Under the pieces are notes generated by a model, which was not told the DNA's origin, did not search any database, and saw nothing but the letters and a program-made list of their open reading frames with translations. From Tubiluchus corallicola (Eukaryota > Animalia > Priapulida), in the NCBI GenBank assembly GCA_030141605.1, contig JAQGDQ010000221.1, forward strand, positions 62,001 through 126,000: DNA of 64,000 bases. The letters are read 5' to 3'. Position 1 is the stretch's first letter. Each line of letters starts with the position of its first letter. This document shows, in pieces, positions 10,807-24,400 of the stretch. The translations under genes were made by a program, and so were the position numbers.

Positions 10807-11476
10807 CTTTCAAGTTCACTCTCAAATTGCGAACATTTTCGTGCAGCCGTGGTGTTGACACATACTTCAATTCTTTATTATCAGAAATTTTAAGGTTTGA
10901 TAAAAAGGAGGACTTTTCCATTCTAATGTTGACTGTCTCAAGTTTATCGTTCGTCGTTATGATGAGATCACGAAGCTGTTCACATTTTGAAAATTCCAGA
11001 GAAAGTGAAGTAAGTTTCCACAGCAGCTTCAACTTCAAATATGTCGTGGTGTTTTGATCTGCAAATGCATCATGATGAATAGATACTAGATTCCTAGCAT
11101 AATCAATTTCGAGATGTTTGACTTTTCCTCCAAATGTGTCTCTGTCAATACTAACAATACTTGCTTGATAAAATTTAATCACTTTTAGCTTTCTTCCTTG
11201 CAGCCAGTTTTTAGGTATTGCATTACTATAGTAATGAGCCAGATGAAGTTCATCTCCGTCTACAACGTTATTGTCCAATTCTCGCAAATCATTTTCTCTC
11301 AAATTGAGATGGGAATATAGTTGTCCGCAATTAAAATTGCAGTTATTTCCTGCGAGCCTTGTAATGCTGTTACACTTGCCACCTAAAAATGTTGCACTTC
11401 TTAGGCCTCGGCATACAGCTTCTGTTTCGAGAAAGGTAATTAAGGCACTCAGAAGTAAGAAAAACGCAGTCCTCAT
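10807..11476 (-). CDS. First coding exon: signal peptide + Cys-rich cap + leucine-rich repeats
   Basis: Hydrophobic N-terminus; HLNLRENDLREL, KLKVIKFYQASIVSIDRDTF, KHLEIDYARNLVSIHHDAF, QLRDLIITTNDKL, LSNLKISDNKEL; phase-1 GT donor at 10806. Confidence 0.75.
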
Positions 11477-11779
11477 TATCTTGAGTTTTCTGACATTAAT
11501 ATTTTTTGAGTCTGCTAAGACACCACATTAATAACGTATTACGGATAATTATGCAGAACGTCATTGTGTCATGCCTTTGTTGGTATGTCATTCTTATGCA
11601 AATCATAGTCCTTATCTTAAACAACTAGAGCTGGTAATAAGGATATAACAGCCCCTCGCCTAGTAATAGAACGTACGAAACTGTGTACAATTAACTTTCC
11701 GGAAGATTACATTGTCGAAAGAAAAAATTCTAAATTATAAAATCATTGTTCTCGATGTTCTTTTCTTCTTCAAAATCTC

Positions 11780-13130
11780 ATTTTATTTATTATAGGCTTT
11801 GTGGTATCAACATTTGTCAGAGTATTCAACCCTCTTCTGTCTTCAGCTAACAGCGTAAGTTCTTCTACTCATGAAAATAAATTTGGTTAAAGTTGTTGAG
11901 CATCTTTATTTATCTTAGCGATCCAAGTTGTTTTAGGTTTGCCAGGTGTTTTTTTTGCAAGATTTTAAGGCTTCCTTTAAGACGATTCGTACTGGTACTT
12001 CATTTGGTAATCTTAGAAGATATCCTAGCCATTTTAAACTTCTGACCTTGAATTTTGAACTCCAATAAACTTCTTTCGTCTGTTGTATAAATCTTCATTT
12101 TTGATTATGTATGGCCATCTTATCTTTAAAACTTTCCTGAAAGCCTCTATGAAATATGTAAATCTTCTTTTTCTTGAGTGATCGTTAAACCCCAAGTTTC
12201 ACTGTTGTACATAAATATGCTGGTAAGTTAAGCATTAAATAATCAAAGTCTTATGTTAAGACTTAATAGCTTGCTGGTTAACACATTCTAGTGCTGAAGG
12301 AAAGCATGCATTGTTTGTTACTTTCTACTTTTAACATCATCTTCGGTGCTTAGAAAAGTGCCCATGTAGTGGCAAAGACTGGTTACCATCTCTTGCAATA
12401 ATACAGCTTATTCTTCTGTTTTTGGCTTTTTTACTTGAAGATTTTTTTTCTCTAGTTTTTTTTTTGAACAATCCCTTTTTATTGTGTTACTTTGAAAATT
12501 AGATACACTAATCCATCCAATATCGTCTGCATATTGTTGATCAATAAGGAATGGTTCATAGGATTCCAATGCAGGATAGGCGTGATCCAGAATGTGTTGA
12601 GGAAAGTTATTACAGACAGTGGTATTGTAATCATGATCATTATTTCGGGGAGTTCGGATGTTATTTTAAGTGTACTTGGTAGGTAGAGCGTGAAAAGTAT
12701 TGGACTAGGACAGTTCCCCCGGGGACCCCAATAGTCTTCTTAATATTTCTTCCTAAGGTGTTCCAAACTTTTACAGTAAGTTTAACATCCCTTATTAAAA
12801 TTGTACTAATGTGCATTTTAACTTTTTGTAGTACGGTTTGTAAGTCATGAAACAGAATTCCTCTCTCCTCAGTATCAAACGCCTTGCTCATATCAAGTAA
12901 CAAGATTGTGATTTGATAAGAACTGGATGCGACTGCTTTTTCTGCTAAAAATGAACAAAAGAGGATTCCATTGCCATTGGTTTAGTCTCAGGAATATTTT
13001 TCCTTTTTGTTGTTATAAGCTCTTTCAAAAACTGTAGTTATAATTTCTGTCGTGAGTTTTAACTAATATCCTGCCTTTTGGTTTACTTCCATCAGTATTT
13101 ATTTTGTGGAAGAAACTTGATTAACTAAAG
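11780..13130 (-). mobile_element. Degraded non-LTR retrotransposon RT fragment (RTE-like)
   Basis: LLDMSKAFDT, GVP.G, QYADDI (~12535-12520) and C-terminal WLGYLLRLP..P.R / KPKTTW motifs; many stops and frameshifts; boundaries approximate. Confidence 0.7.
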
Positions 13131-13321
13131 TTCTTTTTTGAATTAACCAATAGACAATGCATAATTAGTATAATTAATTTTAATAATATTCTTTATTTTG
13201 CCTTTTTAAAATATTGACCATAGTAATCCGAGTATTAAGAAAGACAACTAGTCCACGTTAGTTCACGATAAGAGCACCAGAGTTGGTTTTTATACACACT
13301 AGTGTTAGTTCAAAACAAGAG

Positions 13322-13352
<31 letters not shown>

Positions 13353-14184
13353 TTTCTCTCATTTCAAACAAGTTGAATACTTGCAAATGTTAGGTTTCAA
13401 CTTTCAAAAAAGAAAGTGTTTAGAAATTTTCCCTTCTCTCCCGGTGTCAGATTACCCAGCGTCTATGCCACTACGAAGTTATTTATGATGTACTTGTCGT
13501 GAACTGATTCACGAGTTTGTTTATGAACTTTATAAACTTTAGCAACATAACAACTTTACAGCAAGCTAGACTACAGTGAATCATTTTCTCACCTGACTGG
13601 TTTCTGATATGCATTACCCAAGGTTAATCTTTACAGTTTTAATCTAAGAGTCACAACGTAGTGTACAGAAAAGACAGTCAATAAAAAAGTGTTTGTGCCA
13701 CTAAAGGCGTTTGGTTTATGTTGCTACATATATTGACAAATGCCTTTTTCACAGTACTGAAAGTAGATGCATATCACTTGTCTAGAGGCAAATATTGTCA
13801 AAAGCTAACAAAAATTGGGATACACTAGAGTGCTTTTACACCATAATGGTCATTTTAAAACAGGTTTGAGCATAAATTATACTAGATTCCATGATTCTAT
13901 CAAATTCCTTGCGTGTTCAATCACAAGAGATCACTCTTTTATAAATAAAGCTCTAAAAATTCGTCTTGAAATTCTTCATCACATGCTCTCTTATTGCGAA
14001 CAGAACTTGTATTAGCAGTAACACTGTATAAAAAAACTTGTAAATTTAAACTCCTGCGATGGCTATTAGAAAAGGCATTTCAACGGTAAGTTGTTTACAC
14101 CAAGTTTTGACAGCATTATGTAAAGTTTGAAAAAATAATCAGCGCATTCATAGCACATTCTTCCTAACAAACAAAAGATTATAC

Positions 14185-14480
<296 letters not shown>

Positions 14481-14672
14481 TCTGTTGAGCTTTCCAAGTT
14501 CTAGCAGTTAGCTCAGCTACAAGCAGTTACATCATTTGTTCCCTAATAATTGACTTCTTACATGACAAGTAATTGCAGTAATTTTTGTTTTCATTTTGTC
14601 TAATTGTGTATAGTATATCTTATTATGTAATTGCAAGTGTGTTTTTGTTTAATAAACATTAAACAATAAACA

Positions 14673-15030
<358 letters not shown>

Positions 15031-15447
15031 TAATACTATTTTTCCTCCACCACATCATACAAATCACCATAGATATTCCGTAAAGCCGTTTGATACAGGT
15101 CTAACACCTTCCTGTAGAAATTTAAGGCATACAGTTCGGCATTAGAAATGTTAGAATATCAAAAATATTCAGCCCTATTTTATTTTCCTTTTGCTTTGCT
15201 AGGTTTACTTACCCAATGATATCTGGGATATTGAGAGATGAGAGCGCAGAACAAAGCGGTTTTAATATAGTACATGAGCTGGTCGTTAAAAATGTTTGAA
15301 TCGGTATTAATCGGTGCGCCTTCGTTCTTCACATAAGTTTCAGTATGGCGACCTCCTATGTTGTAATTAAAAAGAATTTATTTTTACCTGGTTTTGTAAT
15401 ATTTTTTTATTATATTTCGCCAAGAATGTAAAATTATATCCGTAATT

Positions 15448-18400
15448 ATGTGCAAAGCACAGCAGCACGCCGACGTATTAGCAAGCGCTACCCTGTCGGC
15501 TTCTTCTAACATGATCTTGCAGGTAACCGTTTGTCTATTTGTCGGTACGGTATTTAATTTTTATAACTACGGATTATTTAAAGACCGTAAAAGAGCTTCT
15601 TGGAAAATCCTATGGAATTGTCAGCAAAACACCGAACATCTTTTACGAGGACATTAAACATATTGCACGTTTTTCAAATATTGGTTCTATCTTGTGCGAT
15701 TATAATTTAAATCTCTTTTGCACTGAATCAGATGATAGCAATAATATCACGAATATGGCAGATCCTGATTTAAATTTTTTTAATACACCAAACTTAATAC
15801 CAAAAAGCAATTACTATGATGAAGATCAGTTCACATCTTTGTACAGTAACACTGATTTCAATACACCACTGTCTATGATCCATGTTAATATTCGTAGCCT
15901 AAAAGCTAATTTTGATTATTTAAATGTATATTTAGAATCATTAACTATAAGTTTTTCAATTATTGCCTTATCAGAAACATGGCTCCAAGATGATTCAGGA
16001 GTAACCATTTCCCTGCCTGGATATGAATTTGAATGTATAAATCGTAAACACAAATCTGGTGGTGGAGTTGGCTTGCTTATAAGGAAAGACATACCTTATA
16101 CAGTGAGAAAAGACCTATGCCACATCAATGATCCAGACATAGAATCACTTTTCATTGAATTACGCAGCAAGAATAAAAATACAATAATGGGAGTAATATA
16201 TAGACCACCTGGTGAAAATCCTAACCATTTTACAGACAAAATACAGAACACTATGGCAATTGTTAATAGACAAAACAAACATATTTTCTTACTAGGAGAC
16301 TATAATATAAATTTAATAAACCACGCTTCTCACAACGAAACCGGACACTTTTTAGACACAATGCTGACCAATTATCTGTTTCCTACTGTTACAAGACCAA
16401 CAAGAATTACGCCTTATTCAGCAACACTAATTGATAATATATTTACTAATGCACTAGATTATAAGTATAAATCAGGTATTTTTCTAACAGATATAACAGA
16501 TCACCTCCCAATTTTTTTTAATTATTGATCTCAAAATTGAAACATACAGTAAGGAATACGTGCGCAAACATACTTATAATGTTCATATAAAAAACAAAAT
16601 TATCCAAGATTTAAATCAATGTGACTGGTCAGATTTATATTCTGCAACTAATACCGAAGACGCATACAATTTATTTCATACTAAGCTTTCTGATATCTAT
16701 AACAAACATATTAAACTACAGAAAAGCAATAACAATCATCAAGCAGCAAAAAAACCTTGGATCACTACAGCAATTTTAGTAAGTGTTAAGCGGAAAAACA
16801 AAATGTATCGTTCTCTGGTGAACAAGGCAGGTAATGACGTATCTGAAATAGAATACAAACGATATAGAAATGAACTTAATACAGTTATAAAAGCATCAAA
16901 ATGTCAGTATTATAGGGATAGATTGATGACAGTTAAAGATAACATAAAAAAGACATGGGATACAATGAAAGAAATTATGCATAAAGAAAGGCAAAATCGA
17001 CCCATTATGTTGTTCATAAACAATAAATTAATTAAAAATAATGTAGAGGTGGCAAATGCTTTTAACGATTACTTTGCCAATATTGGACCAATATTATCAG
17101 AACAAATTGAAAACACAAACATAAATCCATGTACATATCTTAAAGGTACCTACCGACAAAGCTTTTTTATTAGTGCAGTAACAGAAAATGATATAATAAA
17201 TACTTGCAAATCGTTTAATCGGAATAAAGGTCCTGGTAAGGACAAAATGTTACCTAAAGTCGTAATAGACACCATTGACTACATCTCTAAACCTTTGCAA
17301 TATTTAATTAATTTATCTTTTCTTACAGGTGAAATACCAACGAAATTGAAAGAATCAATTATTGTTCCTTTGTTTAAATCAGATGATCCCATGTCTCTGA
17401 ACAATTATAGACCAGTGTCCTTATTGCCTTTTATATCAAAAATATTAGAAAAAGTTTTTTACAATCAGTTATCTCATTATTTAATAAAAAAAAGAATTCT
17501 GAGTAATAAACAATTTGGTTTCAGAAAAGGTAGCTCCACTGAAATGGCCTTAACAAAAATTATAGAAAATATCATTAATACTGTTGAAAAAAATGGCACA
17601 TCCTACGGAGTATTTTGCGACCTATCAAAAGCATTTGATACAGTAAACCATGACATTCTGCTAAATAAGTTGTACTATTACGGTATCAGAGTTTTGCCTC
17701 ATATGTGGTTAAAGAATTATTTAACAGGGCGCACTCAGACAGTAAAATATAATAACGCTTTTTCAGATGTAACAACAATCAAATGTGGCGTGCCCCAAGG
17801 CTCAGTCCTCGGGCCACTACTTTTTCTAATTTATATTAATGACATCAAATTTTGTGTTAAAAATCACAATTTATTTCAGTTTGCTGATGATACAAGCATT
17901 TTTTTTAGCTTTCATAAAATAGAAACCAATATTGACTACATAAATACAGTTCTACATGATCTAGCTATAGGGTTCAAAACAAATAAACTTTCACTAAATT
18001 CATCAAAAACAAAATACATTCTGTTTAGATCCCGAAATAAACCAATTCAGGCGAACCACGATTTAATAATAGACCATAAAAGAATTACACGTGTAAAAGA
18101 ACTGAAATTTCTGGGATTAATACTGAATGAGCATCTAGACTGGCGACCACATATATTCATGATCAGATTAAAAATATCAAAAAATATAGGTATCATCTCA
18201 TATATTAAAAACGTTCTGAACACCGAACATCTTCTAACATTATACAACAGTTTAATATTATCATATTTAAATTACTGCACAACATTATGGGGCTTTACTT
18301 ATACTACAAATTTAGAATGCTTAAGAGTTTTACAACGAAAATTTTTACGTGTCATCTTCAAACTAGACAAAAGGAGCACAATTACTACTACACATTTTAA

Positions 18401-21400
18401 GCAATGTCAAATATTACTTCTGGATGATGTTATTAATTTTAATGGATGTATATACATGTATAGAACCAACAACAACTTATTTCCAACTTTTTTTGAAAAT
18501 CCAGTCAAGATAAATGTAAAAAAAATACAATACCAGACATAATGAATATATACCAAGACGTTGTAGAACAAATATGGCAAAACACTTCATCAGCTATATG
18601 GGGCCAGTCCTATGGAACAGACTAAGCCGCAATTCGAAATGTAGTCACTCCCTTTTAACTTTTAAAAAAACCGTCAGAAAAGAAATATTTCAAAAGTATT
18701 GAAGAGTAACACAATTTGATAATGGTAATAACCTGCATTTTTTGCTACAGTAATCTTAATATAACGTGACTATGTTTAACAGGATACTGAACACTTTGTA
18801 ACCATGATCACAGTTTTTCTTAGTTTCTCGCTCCATTTCATCTTTCATTCACTACTCCCCCCCCCCCATTTTTTTTTTAAGATTTCCACATACAGTTTGG
18901 CCTGTCAAGCTATGCTTTTAGGCTCAAACTGTATGCATCAAAAAATTATTCTGTAATGAAATTTGCACATGTATATCCCGCATTATGAAATTTCTTAATA
19001 ATATTGCATTTATTCATATTTATATTTATATTTACTCAAATGGAAAATTATCTGTATTTTAATGCTAATTGTAATGATGCAATGTGGAAAATGAATAAAA
19101 CTCTTGAAACTCTTGAGGAAGCTAGAGGTCCGGGGATCTGGATGTGACTGTTTTTGTCTTAGTTAAAGGAAGGCAGGATGATTTTCTATATACTACCCCA
19201 TTTTAAAGTCTGATATAAAGTATACATTGTAACACGATTAATACTGCAAAAGCGTTTCTGATAATTAAATAATAGATTAAAATCTTAATTAATGGCAGGC
19301 GAGCCAAACTATTGATGAAAATGCAAACAACATAATTTTCAGCAGTTGTACCAAAATTCGGGCAAGTTTTAAGATAAAAATTTCAAATTTACCGCTGTGT
19401 TCATGCATGAGCTGTCGAACGTGTGGAATTCGTCACAAATGAACACATCTGAAATCAGAGGTACAGCACCTGGTTTAGTGCAATGTGTTTCTGAAATGCA
19501 GATGCTAGACTTCACAAGCAAGTAGTGCCATTCTAACTGGCAAAGTGCATGTAACAGCAAATGCGAAATTGTGTTTGCATAGTAATCATTCTTTCGCATA
19601 AGTCATTTTTAAAAAAATGTATGTTACCTTTCAATATTTTAAAGAGTAGATTGTTTTGACTTACAGTTTAAGATTGGGTCATGTTTTGCTTTAAAGTTCT
19701 TGCACTGCCACTGAAATTTTCACCCATAAAGCATCTGCGATATAATTCAAAGTACTTTGCAGAATTTAGCATAGGAAACAAAGTCGAAACATAGCAGACT
19801 GCAGCCAAACTCAGTAATGACAAACAATTTCTTCTGCAAATTTTGCTCACATTTTTGGAACACAAGCAAAATACATTACAAAATGCAAGATATAGCTAGT
19901 ACATATAAATATATATCATAAATAAAATATGCATATAAAAGTAAAACATATAAATATTAAAATACACACACACGCACACACATACACACAGCAAAATCCT
20001 CCACAAGTTGGTGATTAAGTTTTTCTAGTTATTCACATATCCTGAATCTCCATTTCATGAGAATCATTTTGATAAAACGATAGTTGATTCCCAACACTAG
20101 TTAATGGTGAAATAGATGTTGAGAAATTACTGTCTGTTTAGTCATCAAAAATAAACAGTTTTCAAGTTATGATTATAAATCATTTCCTAATGTTTTATAA
20201 TTTTGGGACGTTTTCTTTTTCAGTTGCTGTTTCGTCTAATTACATTTGTTTTAAATGCATTTCTTATTCGTCGGGTCTCTAAGGACATTCTTGGAGTCGT
20301 TAACGTAAGGTATCGACATTCATTTTATCTATTTTGTAAAATCACAATTTGTGCAGTTAAGTTAAATCAATATAAATTATGTTTTTTATTTATAATACAT
20401 GTATGACCGTATTTTCTACGTGGTCATTATTAATTACATGTTTTGCAAGCCACTTATATTCAAGCAACTCGCAACTGTTTGTTGTGTAATACTTTGTACC
20501 TGTTCGTTATGTGGTGCTTATATAAAAGGTGCCCTCAGTAACTGCTTGTGGTGTGTTGTAAAATGCGCCCATTACATGAATGTGAAAGTATACACGTTTT
20601 GCAAGGAGATAAGATTTTTTGATGAAATGTGACGACCGTCAAACTTTAGTGACCTAGGCTGTAGGCTAGTTAGCCTGTTGGTTAATACACACCTGTCTGT
20701 GAACAGTAGTCAGAAGGCTTATATGTCCATTAAAAATATCGAAAAATCTATTGACAATGTATAGAAAGTAAAATTACAGCTAAAAGTACAGAGTACATGG
20801 TCCATGGTTAGTACAATATAAACACACATGTATGTGCAAATAAATAAAAAGTGCACATAAAAAGATGAAAACTTGGTTAGTACGATAAAATTGTATAATT
20901 TTAGTAAAAATTTACATCTTACATCATTTATCAAATCACATATTTTCTAACCATGTATCATTTATTAAAGGCTGATGTATGATAAATGCAGTTTATTAAA
21001 AGCAATTTTAGTAAGACAGAAATTTCAAGTTCTTAATAGCGTGAACAAAATTAGTTTGTTAAATTTTAAAATTTAAAATTAACAAATATTTTATTATTTT
21101 GTAACAAATTTTGTCAAGACAGATTTTTGAGGAATTTCCTATCTTATTAACGACAAATATGAGAGAGTTATTTTTTACACACTCTGCTCTCTGTAGATCA
21201 GCTTCTAACTTTCAATGACAAGGTGTACTGTTAATACCGAATGGATGTAACCGGCCTGGAACTTAGCTCCTAACCATAGAAAATGTTCTACATGGGACAT
21301 TGAGTAAGCTGGGGCTTACACAGTAACCGTGTTTAGATTGCGAAGTCCTGATACATACGGAGTCTTCTTTCTCGAGTGGTAGTACGTTAATAAGTATGAT

Positions 21401-24400
21401 TATTATACAGTAAAAAGTATGTATTATAAGTACTGTGTATACAGGGAAAATACTGTTATCTGCATCTAGGAAGTCTGTGTTTCAGTGAATTTTGCTAGAA
21501 AATTGTAGAGTAAAGTAACCTAATGACTGATACCAGGCGTACTGCAGAATCAATGCTCTAATTTCACTTGTGACCTTGTGTATCCGCCACCCCGTATAGT
21601 CAGAACATCATGTGCAGGGGTGGATACAGGTTTTAGAACAATGGTGGGCGCAACAAAAAAGCAGTTAGGGGATCTTTTTCACAGATTGCACATGTCTTAT
21701 CTCAGCATTATAAAATTACTAAAAAAACCTGTATAGCTAAATGTTTGTCTTATAAGTATATTGAGAATTATATTATTTAGTATTAATGTCCAAGTCAGTA
21801 GATTTGTTCTTAATCAATAAACCTAGAAATAATGAAGTTGAACTCAAATCAAAATGTATTTAACTCCTGTTGTTGATTAATAGCATTATTAACCCAAAGT
21901 TTTTATCATTTCATAACAATTTTGAACTGTTTTTCACATAAAATCTAAATGCAATTTTTATTTTAATCAAGATTTACCTTATTTTGTTGCCCGCTAATTA
22001 AACTACATGTACATTCTTTTCTCTGGTTTATATAGCAAATGTCATAATTTTAAAATTACTAATGTTTCCTAAATTAAACTGATAACATTAATGCCCACCA
22101 GTGTCTAAAAGTCTTTTTATCTATATTCGGTAAAGGATAGCAGACTAGGTGACTTCATAGTCTTTTCGCTATTCTTTCTCTAGTTCTAGATCTATCTATA
22201 CATTTTAACCATTCTTCAAAACTTATTAGAGATTCTTTTATTAATCATGTTCTATTGTAGCATTATAAAGAGATAAATAAATTAAAATTGAATTTAATTG
22301 AATTGAATTGATCTGGGGGGTGTAAGCTTCCAGGCAAGGTCCACCCAGATAACAATACATTTTACTGCATTTTAGACCACTTTTCTGCCTTCTGAAACCA
22401 TTTCCTTTAGGAAGCTCATTGTTTTAGAACAGGTGTCCCCTCACCTTTGACTCAAAGTTACATACTAATATATTGATATACACTGTACATAACTTTCATC
22501 TTTTGATCTATTATTTTTACAGATATAAGGCACCTTTGAGATTTAGCAAATCATTTTAATGCATATAATTCAGAGAAAATATTAATTTGGCACGTTGTAA
22601 CAGTTACTGCTGCCCACCCCTAAATCCGCCACTGATGTGTTATGTCTTTGTTCTATTTCAAATGCTATCGCAAACTAGTATACTGTTATTAACTTTAATT
22701 CCTTATGTGATATTTTTAATTTCAACAATGTAATCGATAGTATAAAATAGTGTTGCTCCGGATACACATTTTTGCCGGATAAAGAATACCGGATATCATC
22801 GAATATTTCCCAAAATTGACTTCCGGATTCGGATTATGGCCGGATAGGTTAGCTAAATTCGGATTGAATATGTGGATCAGTTTGGATAATAAAAAATTAG
22901 TAAATGTTTGCAAACTTTACCGTCTTCATTTAGTCTGTCATCTTAAAGGACCTAGCCCGAAACTACACCGTATTACCACTCACAAATGAAAAAAGATGTT
23001 TGTCAAATATTCGTCTTGAAAACACAAACATAGGCTAAAACATCGCAAAAACCGGATAGCTAATATTTGCGAATATCAAATTTTTATAACTATAGGAGAA
23101 TATCGGATACGAATAACTGCAAAATTTGGAGAATATCACCATTTTCGGATACGGATCAGATATCACGAGCAACACTAGTATAAAATGCATTAGCGGAAAT
23201 AACGAAACTATATGATACTTGAATTAATTTTTATCTAAATCAACAGTCAAAATTTAGCAATCTGTTCATATCATTTAATCTTACAGTTGTCTACAAATAA
23301 GACTTATAAATTTAGTTCTTCATTTTAATTGAGTGTTATATTTGCCATACTTTTCATATTTTTAACTATTTGACGTGATTTTTTGTAATCACTTCATTCA
23401 TTGTAAGCCTGTGTTTTTATCTGTGTGATCATTTAGACTCATCGTTACCAATATTGTTTTTAACTTGGAAAGTAACTCTTTACAACTTTGTACGTGATGT
23501 ATCATTGATATGCTTTATCCCTGTTAGTGAATAAATTCAATTGAATTCACCGAAACCAACAGCCCAAACAGATGCACAATTTTCACTAAAACATCACTCA
23601 AACTAGGATTACCTTTGCTAAAAGTTATCAGTAATCAGTAAGGGATTACCCTTGCTAAAAGTAATCAGCAAGTTATTACCCTTGCTAAAAGAAATGAGTA
23701 ATGAGTAATCAGTAAGTGATTAATCTTGCTAAAAATAACCAGTAATGAGTAATTTGTTGTTGTTGGTTGGGGTTTTTTTGTTGTTGGGTTGTGGGTTTTG
23801 TGTTGGTTGTGTGTTTTTGTGTGTGGGTTTTGTGTGTGGTTTTGTGTTGTTGGTTGGGGTTTTTTTAAAAGTAATCAGTAAGTTATTACCCTTGCTAAAA
23901 GAAATGAGTAATGAGTAATCAGTAAGTGATTAATCTTGCTAAATATAACCAGTAATGAGTAATTTGATTACAATTTTTCTGAAGAAATTAGTAATCATCA
24001 AGTCACATTTGATTACTTGGCAGATTACTTTTCTAAAGTAACGAACCCAACACTCTGCAGGCAGGGACGAATTAACCATTAGGCTAACAAATCAAATACT
24101 GTAATCTCCACGTAGCTCAAAATCGCATAACACAAAATGTCGTCTAACTCAAAGAATTTCAGTGGAACAGATGAAATCCTTCGTTTTCCCACAAAAAAAC
24201 ATTTCTTAACTCAAAATTTTGCCTTACTCAAATAAAATTTATGATTCATTTAATTGAAATACCGGAAATTTACTTCGCCTAACTCAAAAATAAAAAGTTT
24301 CGTACGACAGTGTTGTGTACGTGTCCTTTTGTAAATAAAAAACATCTTGTTTCGCTACATAATTTGTTATTCTTTAGGTAACTGTCATCAAATCTCCTCG

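Larger units (their letters stand above)
817..11476 (-). pseudogene. Disrupted LRR + EGF-repeat single-pass transmembrane protein gene (SP-LRR-LRRCT-~15 EGF-?-TM-acidic tail)
   Basis: Exon 11476-10807 (signal peptide MRTAFFLLLSALITFLETEA, LRR-like repeats, GT donor); AG acceptor at 9420, exon from 9419 (ENKHLTCDCYLRWV = LRR-CT) into the EGF array; EGF resumes 2787-2294; TM exon ~1342-1198; last exon 905-817 (GSSEDSGESESGITEQGESEGSSETTESS*); AATAAA at 742-737. Lesions: TAA 8442-8440, TAG 2733-2731, 35-bp deletion at 2670/2671, 5.1-kb insertion. Confidence 0.75.
15650..19116 (+). mobile_element. CR1/L2-group LINE (ORF2 + 3'UTR) in RFT1 intron 1
   Basis: APE endonuclease and RT ORFs; 3' end AATAAAA followed by short tandem tail CTCTTGAAA CTCTTGA; 5' boundary approximate; no ORF1 seen. 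Confidence 0.9.
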
